This document shows, piece after piece, positions 25,200 to 37,035 of a DNA stretch of 64,000 bases. A program made the position numbers and the translations under genes. Source of the stretch: Amphiscolops sp. MND2022 (taxonomy: Eukaryota); NCBI GenBank assembly GCA_964187785.1, contig OZ076409.1, positions 6,388,001 to 6,452,000 of the forward strand, written 5' to 3'. Below the pieces are notes generated by a model. It saw only the letters and a list, made by a program, of their open reading frames with translations. It was not told the origin of the DNA and ran no database searches. Numbering within the stretch: position 1 is the first letter of the stretch; each line of letters begins with the position of its first letter.

Positions 25200-27775
25200 A
25201 TGAACCAAACCACCTTTACAATATACTTAATATACATAATACAAGTTGTTAAATACACATATATAATACACATAGTCCACTCTTTAGTTCACCCTTCAAC
25301 TGTTCCTAAAGTTAACACCACCAATTCTGAAAATCATATTTCAGACCAAGATCCTAACATTTTAAACTTGATGGTATCTCATTATGATTGTGCAAAACAA
25401 AACAACTTAAGACAATTCAGTTTATTAAATGTAGAACCATGTAAACAAGCACCCTCAAGTATACAACACACAAAAACCCAAGCAACAGTTTATGTTAGAG
25501 CAAAGGCTAAAAGAATAAAAGCCTTTAAATGCGAAGCATATATAAAGACTGAGAAAGTCTGGTGTTCACAAACATTCACATCTAGTAGACGATATGATCG
25601 TTTACAATGGGGACAAAACACATTAGAACTTCCAAAAATATTGGACCCTATTGAATGCAAAAATATGATCAGATATTTAAACGCGACTGATAGCGAAGAA
25701 CTAAACAACTACAATATACAAAGCTCTTTCTCATTGTTCGACGATAGTAATTATCAAAACACAATTGAACGAATTCAGACACCATTTAGAGTAAAAAAAT
25801 AAAATACATGGCATATTGGAACCTTCGTATTTGATGAAAATTATCCTGACTGGATAGTTAATGTTACACAAAATACATACTCCAGATGTCGATCAGACCG
25901 AGAACATTTAATTACCCGACAAAGTTGGAAACTTAGAATTGTTAACACCGCAATAGAATATGACGATGAAAAAAATCAATTAATACATGACGGACACATA
26001 TTACCATGTTATCATTCAGACGGATTTTGTAAACCAATGACCAAAACTCCATATACATTAACATGGTTTGATGAAAAATTTTGCCTCATATTTCAACTTC
26101 AAGAATTCATTGGTAGAATGACACGAATCAAAGATAGATACTGGATAGAAACCGATACCTTCATTGAAATTTCAAACATCACACAAAAACTTCAAACCGA
26201 AGGAATACAAGGAACAAGATATCCTGATGTAAAAACACCACAATCAAAAGTAAGCAATCCAAGCCTTTCTCGATTTTAAATATACCCAATTGCACAAACC
26301 TTCTGTGGAAAACCTGAGCCATTATTTTCAACACAATATGATGACACCTTTGTTACATACTTAGATGGTTTTGATATGAACACAGGATTACCAAAACCAC
26401 ACTCAATAATTGACCAAACAATTAGTGGAAATATAAAATATGATGATTCAAACAAAAGGTATATATTCCCTGCATTGAACATATCAAACAATTTCGCCAC
26501 TTTAGATTATGATGCCCACATTAACACAAAAATTGATTTCACAATAAATCATGTATTTAAATCCATGACAGTACAAGAACTAAACACTCTTCATACAATA
26601 TGTGAACTGGAAAGAACTCAACTATTAACGATCTTTAGCTTGTCAGTTAAAAATCCTCAATTAGCCGGTTTTCTTTTAACTGGAAATCGTAGTAACTTTC
26701 TTTACGTTGAAGGATCTACAGCATGGCTGTATGATTGCCCTCATTTTATATCACCACTATACAAGGCAGACAATTGCTTTGATAGAATTCCTATACACTA
26801 CAGAGAAACAATAATGTATGTTGAGCCAATAACAAGACAAACTTTTAACTATGCAACACCAATTGAAAGTGGAAATAACCCACAAAAAATAATAGAATTA
26901 GATCCAGATTCTAACGACGGAGATTTTTATGTGTTAACACCAGAACCACTTAAACGAGAAGCACCACAAATGTTTAAACCTACCCAAATTAAAAAAACAA
27001 TCACTCCTAATACATTTACCGCCCAAGATGCCGGTATATACTCAAATGCAGAATTAGATCAATTCTGGAATAGAGTACTATTTGCTAAACATTCTGACAC
27101 AACTCTCCAATTACTTGGAAAATCATTAAGCTATGATTTCATCTCAATGCATAATGATAAACACTCATACTCAGGACATAATACCTATAATCATTTAAGG
27201 ATTGGAGTACATGACCACTTGTTAAACCTTTTACCACTTTTTAACCCTGACTGGTTCAGTCAAGCATTCAATAATTTCATTGGATATCCATGTTATGTTT
27301 TAACTCAATGTGGAATTTATTTTTCAACATTTCTTTTCATTAGAGAAGTTTTAACATTTTTACTCAAATTCTACAGAACAATTAGCATAAAATATAATCT
27401 CCAAAGCAACATTTCCATTTTGAGTTCAATAGTCATGGTTTTTTTAATATAGTTACATCGGAAATGGTAACCGATTTAAACAATACAAGAAAACGAAAAC
27501 GGATATATACTAAACACAAAATTACAACAAGTGAAAATGATAATATCCTATTGCCGGAAAAAGAATTAAACAATAAACGAAGAAACTCTGATACTGACTC
27601 CCCTTATTTACCTCCTAAATATTCCAGTAAGAATTCAACATTTCAATCACCGCAAAAGACACACCCAACTAATGTAAACGATATTAATTCTCAGGACTAT
27701 GACCCAATAATGTCAAATGTAATAGCTGTACCGGAAGGTCCTGCTAAAGTCTTTATAAAATTCAATCCCTCCTAG
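25200..27775 (+). pseudogene. env: Envelope glycoprotein, chuvirus-G-like (class III/gB-type fusogen)
   Basis: Hydrophobic N-terminus; SHYDCAKQNNLRQFSLLNVEPC; ICELERTQLLTIFSLSVKNPQLAGFLLTG..EG..WLYDC; CFDRIPIHY..YVEPITR; C-terminal TM (CGIYFSTFLFIREVLTFLL). Pieces 25200/26037/26376 are in one frame across 2 stops; frameshift near 27430. Confidence 0.8.
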
Positions 27776-28216
27776 CTGAAAAGCAATAACTTAAAAAACA
27801 AATTAACCTCAGAAAAAGTTCAAAAAATTATCAACTAAATTCTTCTCAGTATTAACTTTCATTCAAACCCAAATTCTCACTCGGACCGGTCTCTCCTTTT
27901 CAACTCAACAACAAATTCACTTGCCCACCACAACTCAACTCTCAACCAGAAGACTTCAACTGGATTTTCAGTCCATCTAAAAGACCGAAATCACAGAAGT
28001 TTCTATTCCTGGAATAGATGCCACTGTGATTGTTGATGTTTTCAACCCATCATTGACTCAGTATTCCCATATTGTAAGTACAATTTAAACTTTAATTTTA
28101 CCAAACAATTTAATGGATAAAAAAGATATAACGAAACTTTTCCTTATTATTAGAAATAATATAATCAAACGTTATAATCATTATTTTAGCTCTACAAAAA
28201 CACGCAAGTTTAAATA

Positions 28217-29485
28217 ATGGAATCCTTGCCCGAAATTGATGTAGTTAACTCTACTCCCTCTGAATTGCTTGCATCCCCTTTGAATATAACTATTCAACAA
28301 AATGTTAACGAAGATAATAACTCTTCCTCCAACTCTCAAGACCCCACAGAAACTATTCCTATTGAACAAGTAGATCATGTTAACGCAAGATCTCAAAAAC
28401 GAAAGTACCCAGATATGACTGCAGACAAACCTTTTATGGAATCTGGCGCTTGCCCTCCTTTCATAAAACCAATTAAACAAGATGACGATAGAGATTGTGA
28501 ATTAGTTCCTATTCTCTCGTCAAAACACTTCACCTTTCAATCTCAGTTAACTTCGTTATACATGATTCCAACAAAATACAAATTCATCATCAGAGAATTT
28601 AAAAATGATTATCATACACCAATTGCTTCAAAATTGATTACCCCATATGATTGGTGGTTAAACAATAAAGTGAAAATTTTCTCACTCCAATACAACTTCC
28701 TCAGACCATCTCCATATGATCTTCGAACCGAAGAAAATGATGCAAATTTTTTGCCATATCAAATCAAAAAGGCTCACCACATGACTTATCAAAAGTTTAT
28801 TCAATATAAAGAGCCCGATAATTATATATTCTTCAACTCCAAATATACATCGCCATTCACTTTCAACTCAGAATATTTAATAGATCATACCAAAACAAAA
28901 AGAAAACTTAGATATTATGACCCGCTGAAACAAAGTTTTCTCTTCCTTCCAAACGATAACCCAAAAAGACCAATCATTGTACCACAAGAATACCTCATTC
29001 TGAACGACGATTCGTTACTACAAGAAGATATACCTCAACATAAATCTGATCCTCTTCCTCCACTTCAACATATAGCCTCTCAACCTTTGGGAGACTGTGA
29101 AAAATCTTATTTTCACGCAATGACCAAAAAGGGATATTCGAATAATGAATTAATTTTCATTATTTCTCATCTGCTTTCACTTCTTACAAATGGAAATCAC
29201 AAAGAATATAAAAAGGCAAAACAAGAATCGCCTAAGAAAACCAAAAATGATATTCCCCAACCACAAAGTTTTCGCCCAACAGACGAATTACAGAAATATA
29301 TAGAAATTCTGAATATCATAAAACCGTATCATCATCCGAACCGAGATATTCTTATAACAATCGCTGAAATCGTAAATACCCTTGAACAAGCTCGAAGCAT
29401 AATACAAAGTATCGTATTTTATACGACAAGAATTAGCCAATCAGCTTTGTGCATTCGCACATCTTTAGACGAATTCAACTTTTGA
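28217..29485 (+). CDS. Post-env accessory ORF, 422 aa, unknown function
   Basis: Uninterrupted ATG-initiated ORF inside the LTR element; no recognisable motif. Confidence 0.65.
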   Translation: MESLPEIDVVNSTPSELLASPLNITIQQNVNEDNNSSSNSQDPTETIPIEQVDHVNARSQKRKYPDMTADKPFMESGACPPFIKPIKQDDDRDCELVPILSSKHFTFQSQLTSLYMIPTKYKFIIREFKNDYHTPIASKLITPYDWWLNNKVKIFSLQYNFLRPSPYDLRTEENDANFLPYQIKKAHHMTYQKFIQYKEPDNYIFFNSKYTSPFTFNSEYLIDHTKTKRKLRYYDPLKQSFLFLPNDNPKRPIIVPQEYLILNDDSLLQEDIPQHKSDPLPPLQHIASQPLGDCEKSYFHAMTKKGYSNNELIFIISHLLSLLTNGNHKEYKKAKQESPKKTKNDIPQPQSFRPTDELQKYIEILNIIKPYHHPNRDILITIAEIVNTLEQARSIIQSIVFYTTRISQSALCIRTSLDEFNF

Positions 29486-29911
29486 AAAAATGCATCGACC
29501 TTAACTGGTAATTATGGGATAATCACTCTAAAATTGTTAACACTTACCACTTAATCTCTTAACAACCTGTCAAAATTAATTGAGTCTACACGTATATGCC
29601 TGCTATGCACGATTATAATACATGCTTGATGTTAAAACACTCTTTTAAAATAAAATAACATAAAAAAATTTCAATCACGACTTAAAAATTTTCAACAAAA
29701 TTCCTCAATTGCTCCTCTTTTTAATGGACCGATTTCAACAAATAAGTACTTATATGAAAGATATTCAAATACCCTTCAAAAGACTTCCAAAATACAACAA
29801 CCTAATTCTTAAAGTTAAAAAGTTATAATATCACAAAGTTCAATAAAAAATGTCAACTACGAAATTCTATTTTCAAAGAAAATTTATTGTAAACAAACTA
29901 ATCTATTTTAG

Positions 29912-30376
29912 GTGAATATCGTCACAACTGCTTCTTCAGCATTCCTTCCTCCTCTCAGGCCACCCATTCAAGAAGAATTCCAAAGTATCTTCTACAACTT
30001 TCACGAAATTTTCCCATTCTTCAATATGACAACTATTCATTCAGGCGACATAGACTGCCCGATAGCTCCTCTTCTTTCAATTTCTTCAGCTCGATTGCGA
30101 TCCTTGATCCTGAAAAAGCATTTAACGACATTAAATGCGCAGCTTAGAACAGACAAAAAGGCAGACCCACATCTTACAAGGATGATATTGCTTAATATGT
30201 TCCAAATATTCCAAATAACAAGAATAAATTTCGACCAATATCTCCATATTCATAAACATCCTGACACTTATTCAACCCAACGAGACGCCACTACCCAAAC
30301 AGAACATACTACCATCAAGCCCAAACGTTTAGTACGAAATCTATCCAGTAGAATGCGTTCTGAAATGGAAAAATAA
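29912..30376 (+). CDS. Post-env accessory ORF/exon, 154 aa, unknown function
   Basis: Open frame begins immediately after actaatctattttAG| (branch point and acceptor). Confidence 0.45.
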   Translation: MNIVTTASSAFLPPLRPPIQEEFQSIFYNFHEIFPFFNMTTIHSGDIDCPIAPLLSISSARLRSLILKKHLTTLNAQLRTDKKADPHLTRMILLNMFQIFQITRINFDQYLHIHKHPDTYSTQRDATTQTEHTTIKPKRLVRNLSSRMRSEMEK

Positions 30377-30940
30377 CGTCTAAATTCGTATTGGCCTTCA
30401 GACGATAACGATGATACTGACGAAGAACTTCAAAAAGACCCTCCAGAAGCACTTATAGATGATAATTATCCGCACAAAACATATACTTACGTTTCTTTCT
30501 AATATCAACAGACGCCATCAACAACACCCGTCCACTCCCATCTTCGAATCCCACATCTTCAACGATTGATCGTCGCAGATCAGCACCCATGTTCAACTTC
30601 ATCGCCGCCCAACAGTTGCCCATCTTCATTCATCTGCTGACCCTTCTTCATCCATCTTCCAATCTTCAATCGTCACCCATCCAATTCTCAGCCGAAGATG
30701 ATCGATAATTAATAATAAAGAAAACTCAAAGAAAAAACATTGTTAAAAATTAAAAAATCCTTTATTCACACCCGTACCGATATTTATTTGCTTTATTTTT
30801 AAAGAATAATTAGTAATAATTATTATTTTTCGGTGCTATCATATCCAAAAAATTAACAAATATTATCAACAAATCTTTTCAAATTTCAACAAAACCATTC
30901 AAAATTAAATCAAGCACATTGTTCAAATCAAATTCGAATA

Positions 30941-31234
30941 ATGGCAAACCCAAATTCTCGACGTTTTCAACATTTGTTACATAACAAACCCGCCAAAGTT
31001 AATCACAACCTGAAATCTTTTCAGACAAATTTCACGCTCGATGGAAAAATTTTCTCTTCTCATCGATATTATTTCAATGACTCTTTGACCTTTAACTCGT
31101 ATGATGTTTGCTCACGTTTGTTCAATGCGAAGTTCTTTCAAAAACTTCAACAGAAGCATCAAATTGAGCATCTACCAGTTCAAAAAACAAGACGACGAAA
31201 GCATAGTGAAAAAGAACACTTTGACGCTTTTTGA
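30941..31234 (+). CDS. Post-env small basic ORF, 97 aa
   Basis: ATG in good context (ataATGG); basic KTRRRK near the C-terminus; lies just before the PPT. Confidence 0.4.
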   Translation: MANPNSRRFQHLLHNKPAKVNHNLKSFQTNFTLDGKIFSSHRYYFNDSLTFNSYDVCSRLFNAKFFQKLQQKHQIEHLPVQKTRRRKHSEKEHFDAF

Positions 31235-31438
31235 ACTGTAGTCGCACCTACGAGGTGTCAATCAAAATTTTGACAATTCGAGGTACACCAATGAGTCGAA
31301 CTTACATCACTCTTAACGAGACTTATGCCAATCATCCATCTAATGAAAAATGTTAACTAGCTGAAACGCTAAGAACATTTAAACAAAAATTTTTCTTCAT
31401 TTCAATTAATGATGCTACTTTAAAATTTTATTTTATTC

Positions 31439-31453
31439 AAAAACCGGGATGGA
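31439..31453 (+). promoter_or_regulatory. Polypurine tract-like site
   Basis: AAAAACCGGGATGGA directly abuts the TG of the 3' LTR. Confidence 0.65.
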
Positions 31454-31721
31454 TGTACTGACCTACATTAATAACCAATGGCATTTAGATGTTTATAGAA
31501 TGTTCTAGAATGTACATTTATTTGTTATTGAATGATTGTAAATCTCTACTCCTTCAGAGAGAGAAAATAATAATCAGTATTCAGTTGACTTCCTTTTTGT
31601 TCTGCTTCTAACACCTCGAACTAGTTGTAATAAAGTAAGCTAGCTAGCCTGTCTCTCAGCCGCTTTTAGTAGTTGTGAATAAGACCATCAAAAGAAGTAA
31701 CCAACCATTAAAAGCAGCACA
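31454..31721 (+). repeat. 3' LTR (268 bp)
   Basis: TGTACTGAC...GCAGCACA followed by the ATAT TSD. Confidence 0.95.
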
Positions 31722-31799
31722 ATATGTTTTTCACGCAATTTAGACGTTGGCAGAAGCGTATGCGAAAAATTAAACTGAATCAATTTTCTCATTTTTTAT

Positions 31800-32730
31800 C
31801 TCGTCGGAAATTATCAGCATGTCCTCCATCGGCAGCGACCGCTTTGGGATTAGTCGTTTCGGAACGGAGTTGACAAATGTTCTAATAAGATCGATCTCAA
31901 GGCCATCCCATACCTCCTGAATGGCTTTTTGAAAGTCTTCTAGGTTGTCGTAATCTTTCGTATTGCTGTACACTCGGCTCATCATGATTGACCATAAATT
32001 CTCAAAAGGATTACAGTCGGGAGAACAAGGCGCCCAATCCAGAAGGTTAAAATTCTTCAATTCAAAAAGCTTTTTGTGCTTTAAGATGTATATGGAGTTG
32101 CATTGTCATGCATTGAAGCATAGCCAGGTTGAAGGACTGGCATGTAACTCCCCTGTATAAGATACTGATAACATTTCGAATTTATAATGCCATCATAACG
32201 GTGTATGGAGGTTGTTCCATCGAATCCAATTCCTGCCCAAACAAATCCATCAAGAGAAACCTTTTTTGCCGTAAACCTTTCGCATTTCTCCACTTCTACA
32301 CCAATAAAATCTCATTCCAACAGGCCCATCGAGTAAAAACGTTTTTCGGTGGTCAATGTGATTTTCTGGATATCCATACTCCCAGTCGATAATTTCTCCG
32401 GTAGGGTTTTTGCCCAATCGAACAACTTAGTATTATCCTTCCTCCGTTACAAATTTGCGAACGGTTTCTTTTGAAACAATCAAATCCAGTTTTTTCTTAG
32501 CGAAAGACTATCATTAGCTGATATTGTTGGATTAATCTTGTCTCTTCGCTGACTCTTTCAATTTGGACTTGGTCCACCACCGTCTTTGTATAGTCTTTTC
32601 CTCGCCAAAGAAGTTCGAACACAATTATAACTTCGTCCAATGGCCCGAGCAATGTCCGAATTACTTGTGCCTGCCTTATGCATTCCTCACATTGATCAAT
32701 TTCTGATAGCAAAGTGCCTCTTTTTGGCAT
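31800..32730 (-). mobile_element. Degenerate Tc1-like (DD34E-type) transposase
   Basis: MPKRG.. start; HTH remnant (SDIARAIGRS); VWAGIG..G.INSKCYQ; MHDNATPY; LDWAPCSPDCNPFENLW..IQEVWDGL..LIRTFVNSVPKRL; multiple frameshifts. Confidence 0.85.
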
Positions 32731-34653
32731 TTTGCTATGGATATCTTTGATTTTGTGACCACTGGAATATAGTCTTGGCGTCTTGATTACTGTCTTGCTT
32801 GTTTGTTAAATTGAAAAATACGATTGTTATTATAAGCAATACTTCCTGATTTAAAATTGGAGTGAAACGTAGAAAATCAAATTGAAATGTTTTTTTTTCA
32901 CATACATTCTGAACACGTGGATTTAGACTTCCGCTTGAACTGGCGTTCAATACAACATTTCCGGTTCCGTATTGAAACTATAATTTTCATCGTTAGTAAG
33001 TCTTAAATTACCCTAAATATTACATTTTTCACATGCATTCTTGCCAGATTTTAAATTCAGTTGCAATGATTGACAAGTGGAAATTTTTTACAACTTTTTT
33101 TACAAAATTGTTGACACACATTGAAGGAAAATACGCAAAACCGCGGAAATCCGTTCACATGCAACATTTGCTCAAATCAAAAAAAAACAAATACTTGGTA
33201 ATTCAAAACAAATAGAAAACACAAAAATTCTTTTTCAAAATCGTATAACTTTTAAATAAAACACAAGGTATTCACTCCCTCTGTCAATGATCCTCTGATT
33301 ACGTTTGTCAAATTTTCCAAGAATGATTCATTCGAACCTTCGATAAAAGTCTAGACTTCTTTATCAGTCAATTCATTTGAAACTTCTGCATTGCAGTGTT
33401 CAGAAATTGAATGACAGACAAGCTGCATTGCAATGTTCAGAGGTGTTTCGAAACATTCGTTGACAAGTTTTCGAAACTTTGAGATTTCAAAAACGTTCAT
33501 GCGTTCCGTCGTTTCATGGTTCACCTGGTGTGAATTGACAAAGTGTCAAAAAGTGTTCGAAGACGAATAGTGAGCTTGATCTGAATGGTAGATCAGAAAC
33601 TGCCAAATGCGTCTTTTCGCCGATTGCAGAAATGGCACTTCCGTTATCTAAAGAACCAAAATCCAAGTCAGCTTGAATTTCTACAAAATTCTTAGTGGAC
33701 ACGTCTGACAAAAGCATGCCTGGTCCTTAAAACGATACGTTAATTTCGTCTTTCCTCTTTTCTGGTGCCTCGGACTGAATCTCTTTGAAAATATATTTAC
33801 AACTTCGTCATAGTTCCTATGGAAAAAATCTTCCCACAGCGTCGAAAGTAATGCTAATTTTTTCGCCTGAGTAGTTTTGACTGTTTGAAAAACCGAAGAA
33901 GTCTCTAGAGACTAACCATTGGATTTATTTGACAGTCTATGTTTTTATGAAAGCTTTTTCAAGACAAAGGAACCCCCAAATCACAACTGGATCCAATTTT
34001 TTGCAGCTCATTAGCGGATTGTTTTTCTGATTTTGTTTTCAAATATTTCATATCATCTCAAGTCAAAACCTCAGTCTGAACTTCATCGTTGCTGACCAAC
34101 ATAATCAAAGGTAGCCGCGATATAAGCCGCTCGGTAATATAACTGAATGGTAATATAGAAGAATTTGAATGCATTGACTTTGACCGGTTGCAAAGTTTTA
34201 CTTTCATCATTCAAATCTCACTTTCAAGCAAAGCGACCAATTATGATTGAGAATTCAATTCGGTTCTGCTGTAGTTTATTTCTGTGGATATACTCCTTTT
34301 GACCGTACAATCGGCCGACCGCGCAACTGGTCAACTGCGCATTTAGCTGATTCGATTGAAAATGATTGGATGTCAGTGAAAAATTCTTCATTTTGTTATG
34401 CAACTATAACTTGCAACGAATCAAAATTAGGTGAGCATCAAAAATTTTTTGTGGATTTTGTCGCAGGCTGCCGTCTCTGACGGCAATCGATTCCCAGTAG
34501 CTTCCAACGAGGACAATAATCTCTTTGTTTCTGCCTGGTGTCCTACCTTTATAATTGGGACCCTCAGTCTTTTTGCCTACAAACGTTCTTGGACTGAATT
34601 TCAAACATTTCATATGCACATATATTTATCTAAATAGTAATATTTTATCTCAC

Positions 34654-35870
34654 TGTTGTTAGACATGTATTATATATTAGTTTTAATGTAAACCAGAAAT
34701 GTACTGTTGACGATTTCTGAGAATAATATTCAAGACAAAAGCAGTAATGCAACTGTATACAATAAAAGAAACGCGTTCGAATAGAGCAATGCTATAGTCT
34801 ATTCCATGCGTGGTACGGCACATTAATCCACCAATCACATGCTAGCTTTTTTAGTCGCGTGGACCACCCGTCCACTTTATAGTGCTATTTTATAAAATTC
34901 GCTGAACAACTCATTCAACTGCCAATCAGGCTAGCTATTGTGACTTGAAAGGCGTGCCGCCTTCACGTCCTCCGTGTTCTATTTATATCTTTGTAATGAA
35001 AACCGTTGCTAATTTTAGAAGACCGTAATATTGGCATATTCTCTAGATACCTATTTTGGGTGATATTACCCAAAGTTTCTGCTTGTCATGCAAAAATTAG
35101 TATTTATAGTTGGTTCCGGAGGGATGAACGACAAAGGAATTTTGAAACTCTCAACTGTGAACATTGATTGCGTTTGATGAAATTTGTTTGATTAGTTGCT
35201 TTGTTGTTGATATCTTTCTGTTTGAAAATAATTCTCTGGTCAAATTTTGAAGTTCAACAAATTAGTGTTGACTGGAATATATGTCTTGAATGCCTTCGAC
35301 AAGGAAGCAGAGAGCGAAATAAAACGCTCTACACAGTTGGACGTGATGTCTGATTTAGAGAACATTGACGTTATGTTAGGTAGCTTTTCAAGGAATGGAT
35401 CAGAAAGCCAATCTAGTGACAGAGAAACTGGAATGGACCTTGGGTCCGTTGGCCTACAGCAATACACTAACCTAAACAGTGAAGATTCAGCTCTGATAAA
35501 TACTAATAGCATTAAAAAAAAGCGGAGTTAACGTGAAGACAGTTAGAATGATCAACAGAGAAGTAGCAAATCAAGTTGATAGGAAATTGAAAGAACTCAA
35601 AGAAAACTTCAATTCACAGATTATGGAAACAATGAATTCAATTGCTGAAAAGGTACTCCCAGCAATTGAAAGTACAATAGGGATTCATAGATCGAGATTG
35701 GAATGAAATTTATACCAACAGTTCAGTGGGCTACACAGGAGCCCCGAAGTTAAATATAGTAGGAAGATGAAGGAAAATGTTTCAAGATTGGGTTTCAAGC
35801 TCAATAATCGTAATCGCTCAACTAGGAAAGACTCAGATGAGTCCCAATTGAGTGAGCAACAATCCGACAG
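34654..35870 (+). mobile_element. Possible truncated LTR element: LTR-like segment, PBS-like TGGTTCCG, decayed ORF
   Basis: TG start, AATAAA, TGGTTCCGG at ~35111, then broken ORF MPSTRKQRAK..DVMSDLENIDVMLG with coiled-coil character. Confidence 0.35.
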
Positions 35871-36381
35871 ATATACTAACTATTTCTCATATAAAAGGAT
35901 ACAAAAAATTGAATGACTTTGAATCAAAATCAACTCAATTTCCTCATCTCTATCAAAACCTAATTTAAATCTTTTTAGATTATAAAATCCTTCCAGGTTC
36001 CCCTTGCCCTCTTCTGGAGTTATCAAGTCGGCCAATTGCAGAGTTGGTCAATAACGCTATCGGCCAATTGACCCAGAACCAAACGGTTCTTGACAAACCG
36101 CTGAGAAGGAAATTTATACCATCGCCGACGAGTATATTAAAACCTTGTTCAATTCGAATTCGTTTCCAAGAAGACTTTCCAGCATCATTCATTGTCTGAA
36201 TTACTCGTCAAAGTACTGATTTTCCCGCTGAATTTTGTATTCTGATATTTAATAATAATCTTTTTTGTTTTTAAGCCTTTTGTGTAGTGGCCGAACAATT
36301 TATTCCACAACTGTAAATATAAGCTGCCTAATTAATTGCTGCCTTTTTTATTACGTAATGCCTGGTTTGATTACGCAACAG

Positions 36382-36516
36382 CAGAGGAAGCAGTGCATCT
36401 GTGGGGTGTGTGGGGAGCCAGTGTGCAACGTGCTGTCGACCAGACCCTCGTGCAATCACGTGTTCCACCCCAAGTGTGCCATCATGATAGACAAGTGTCC
36501 TGTCTGTCTCAAATGA
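36382..36516 (+). CDS. Putative terminal host exon encoding a RING-H2 (C3H2C3) finger
   Basis: CGVC-x13-CNH-x2-H-x2-C-x6-CPVC then LK*. Phase-0 acceptor caacAG| (alternative at 36385) is compatible with exon 5. Confidence 0.7.
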   Translation, partial: QRKQCICGVCGEPVCNVLSTRPSCNHVFHPKCAIMIDKCPVCLK

Positions 36517-37035
36517 GGTCACCTCCTTCTCTTCTCCTCAGCCTTGCCTTGCCTGTCACCTTTCAACTTTGACCTTTCAACTTTGACCTTTTGATGTTGA
36601 CCTTTGTACTAAGACCTTTCAACGTTGGCCTCTGTACTAAGACCTTTGAACTTTGACCTTTTAATGTTGGCCTTTGTACTCGTTAACCTTTGAACTTCTG
36701 AAGCGACATTGAAAGATGTCAACATGTGAGGTCAAATTTGATGAGCTTTGTGACGTAGTGACCTGAGGTCAACTGCCTTCTCACACATCTTCCTTGGTGC
36801 TCAACTAATCCTCCTCCTCCTGATCAAATTCAACCACCCGGTTAGCTTGACCTGACCTCCGATGTCGAAATCTTCACCCTGCATTCTGTTGACCTGCTGA
36901 CCCGCGACCTGTGATCTTTACTCGGCAGCAGGACGAAACTGTTGAGATGATCTGCATGCGTTGATCTTTGAGTTGGCTGAGACGACCACGACTTTTCAAC
37001 CTAAAAGTCAGCACGCATCGTGAGATTCATCCCTG

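Larger units (their letters stand above)
13455..31721 (+). mobile_element. Giant env-bearing Ty3/Gypsy LTR retrotransposon (endogenous retrovirus-like), 18.27 kb
   Basis: Paired LTRs, ATAT TSD (13451-13454 and 31722-31725), PBS, PPT, PR-RT-RH-IN domain order, env-like ORF. Confidence 0.95.

Noticed and set aside
33300..34200. Possible decayed hAT-like coding sequence
   Set aside because: No unambiguous catalytic motif or termini visible by eye.
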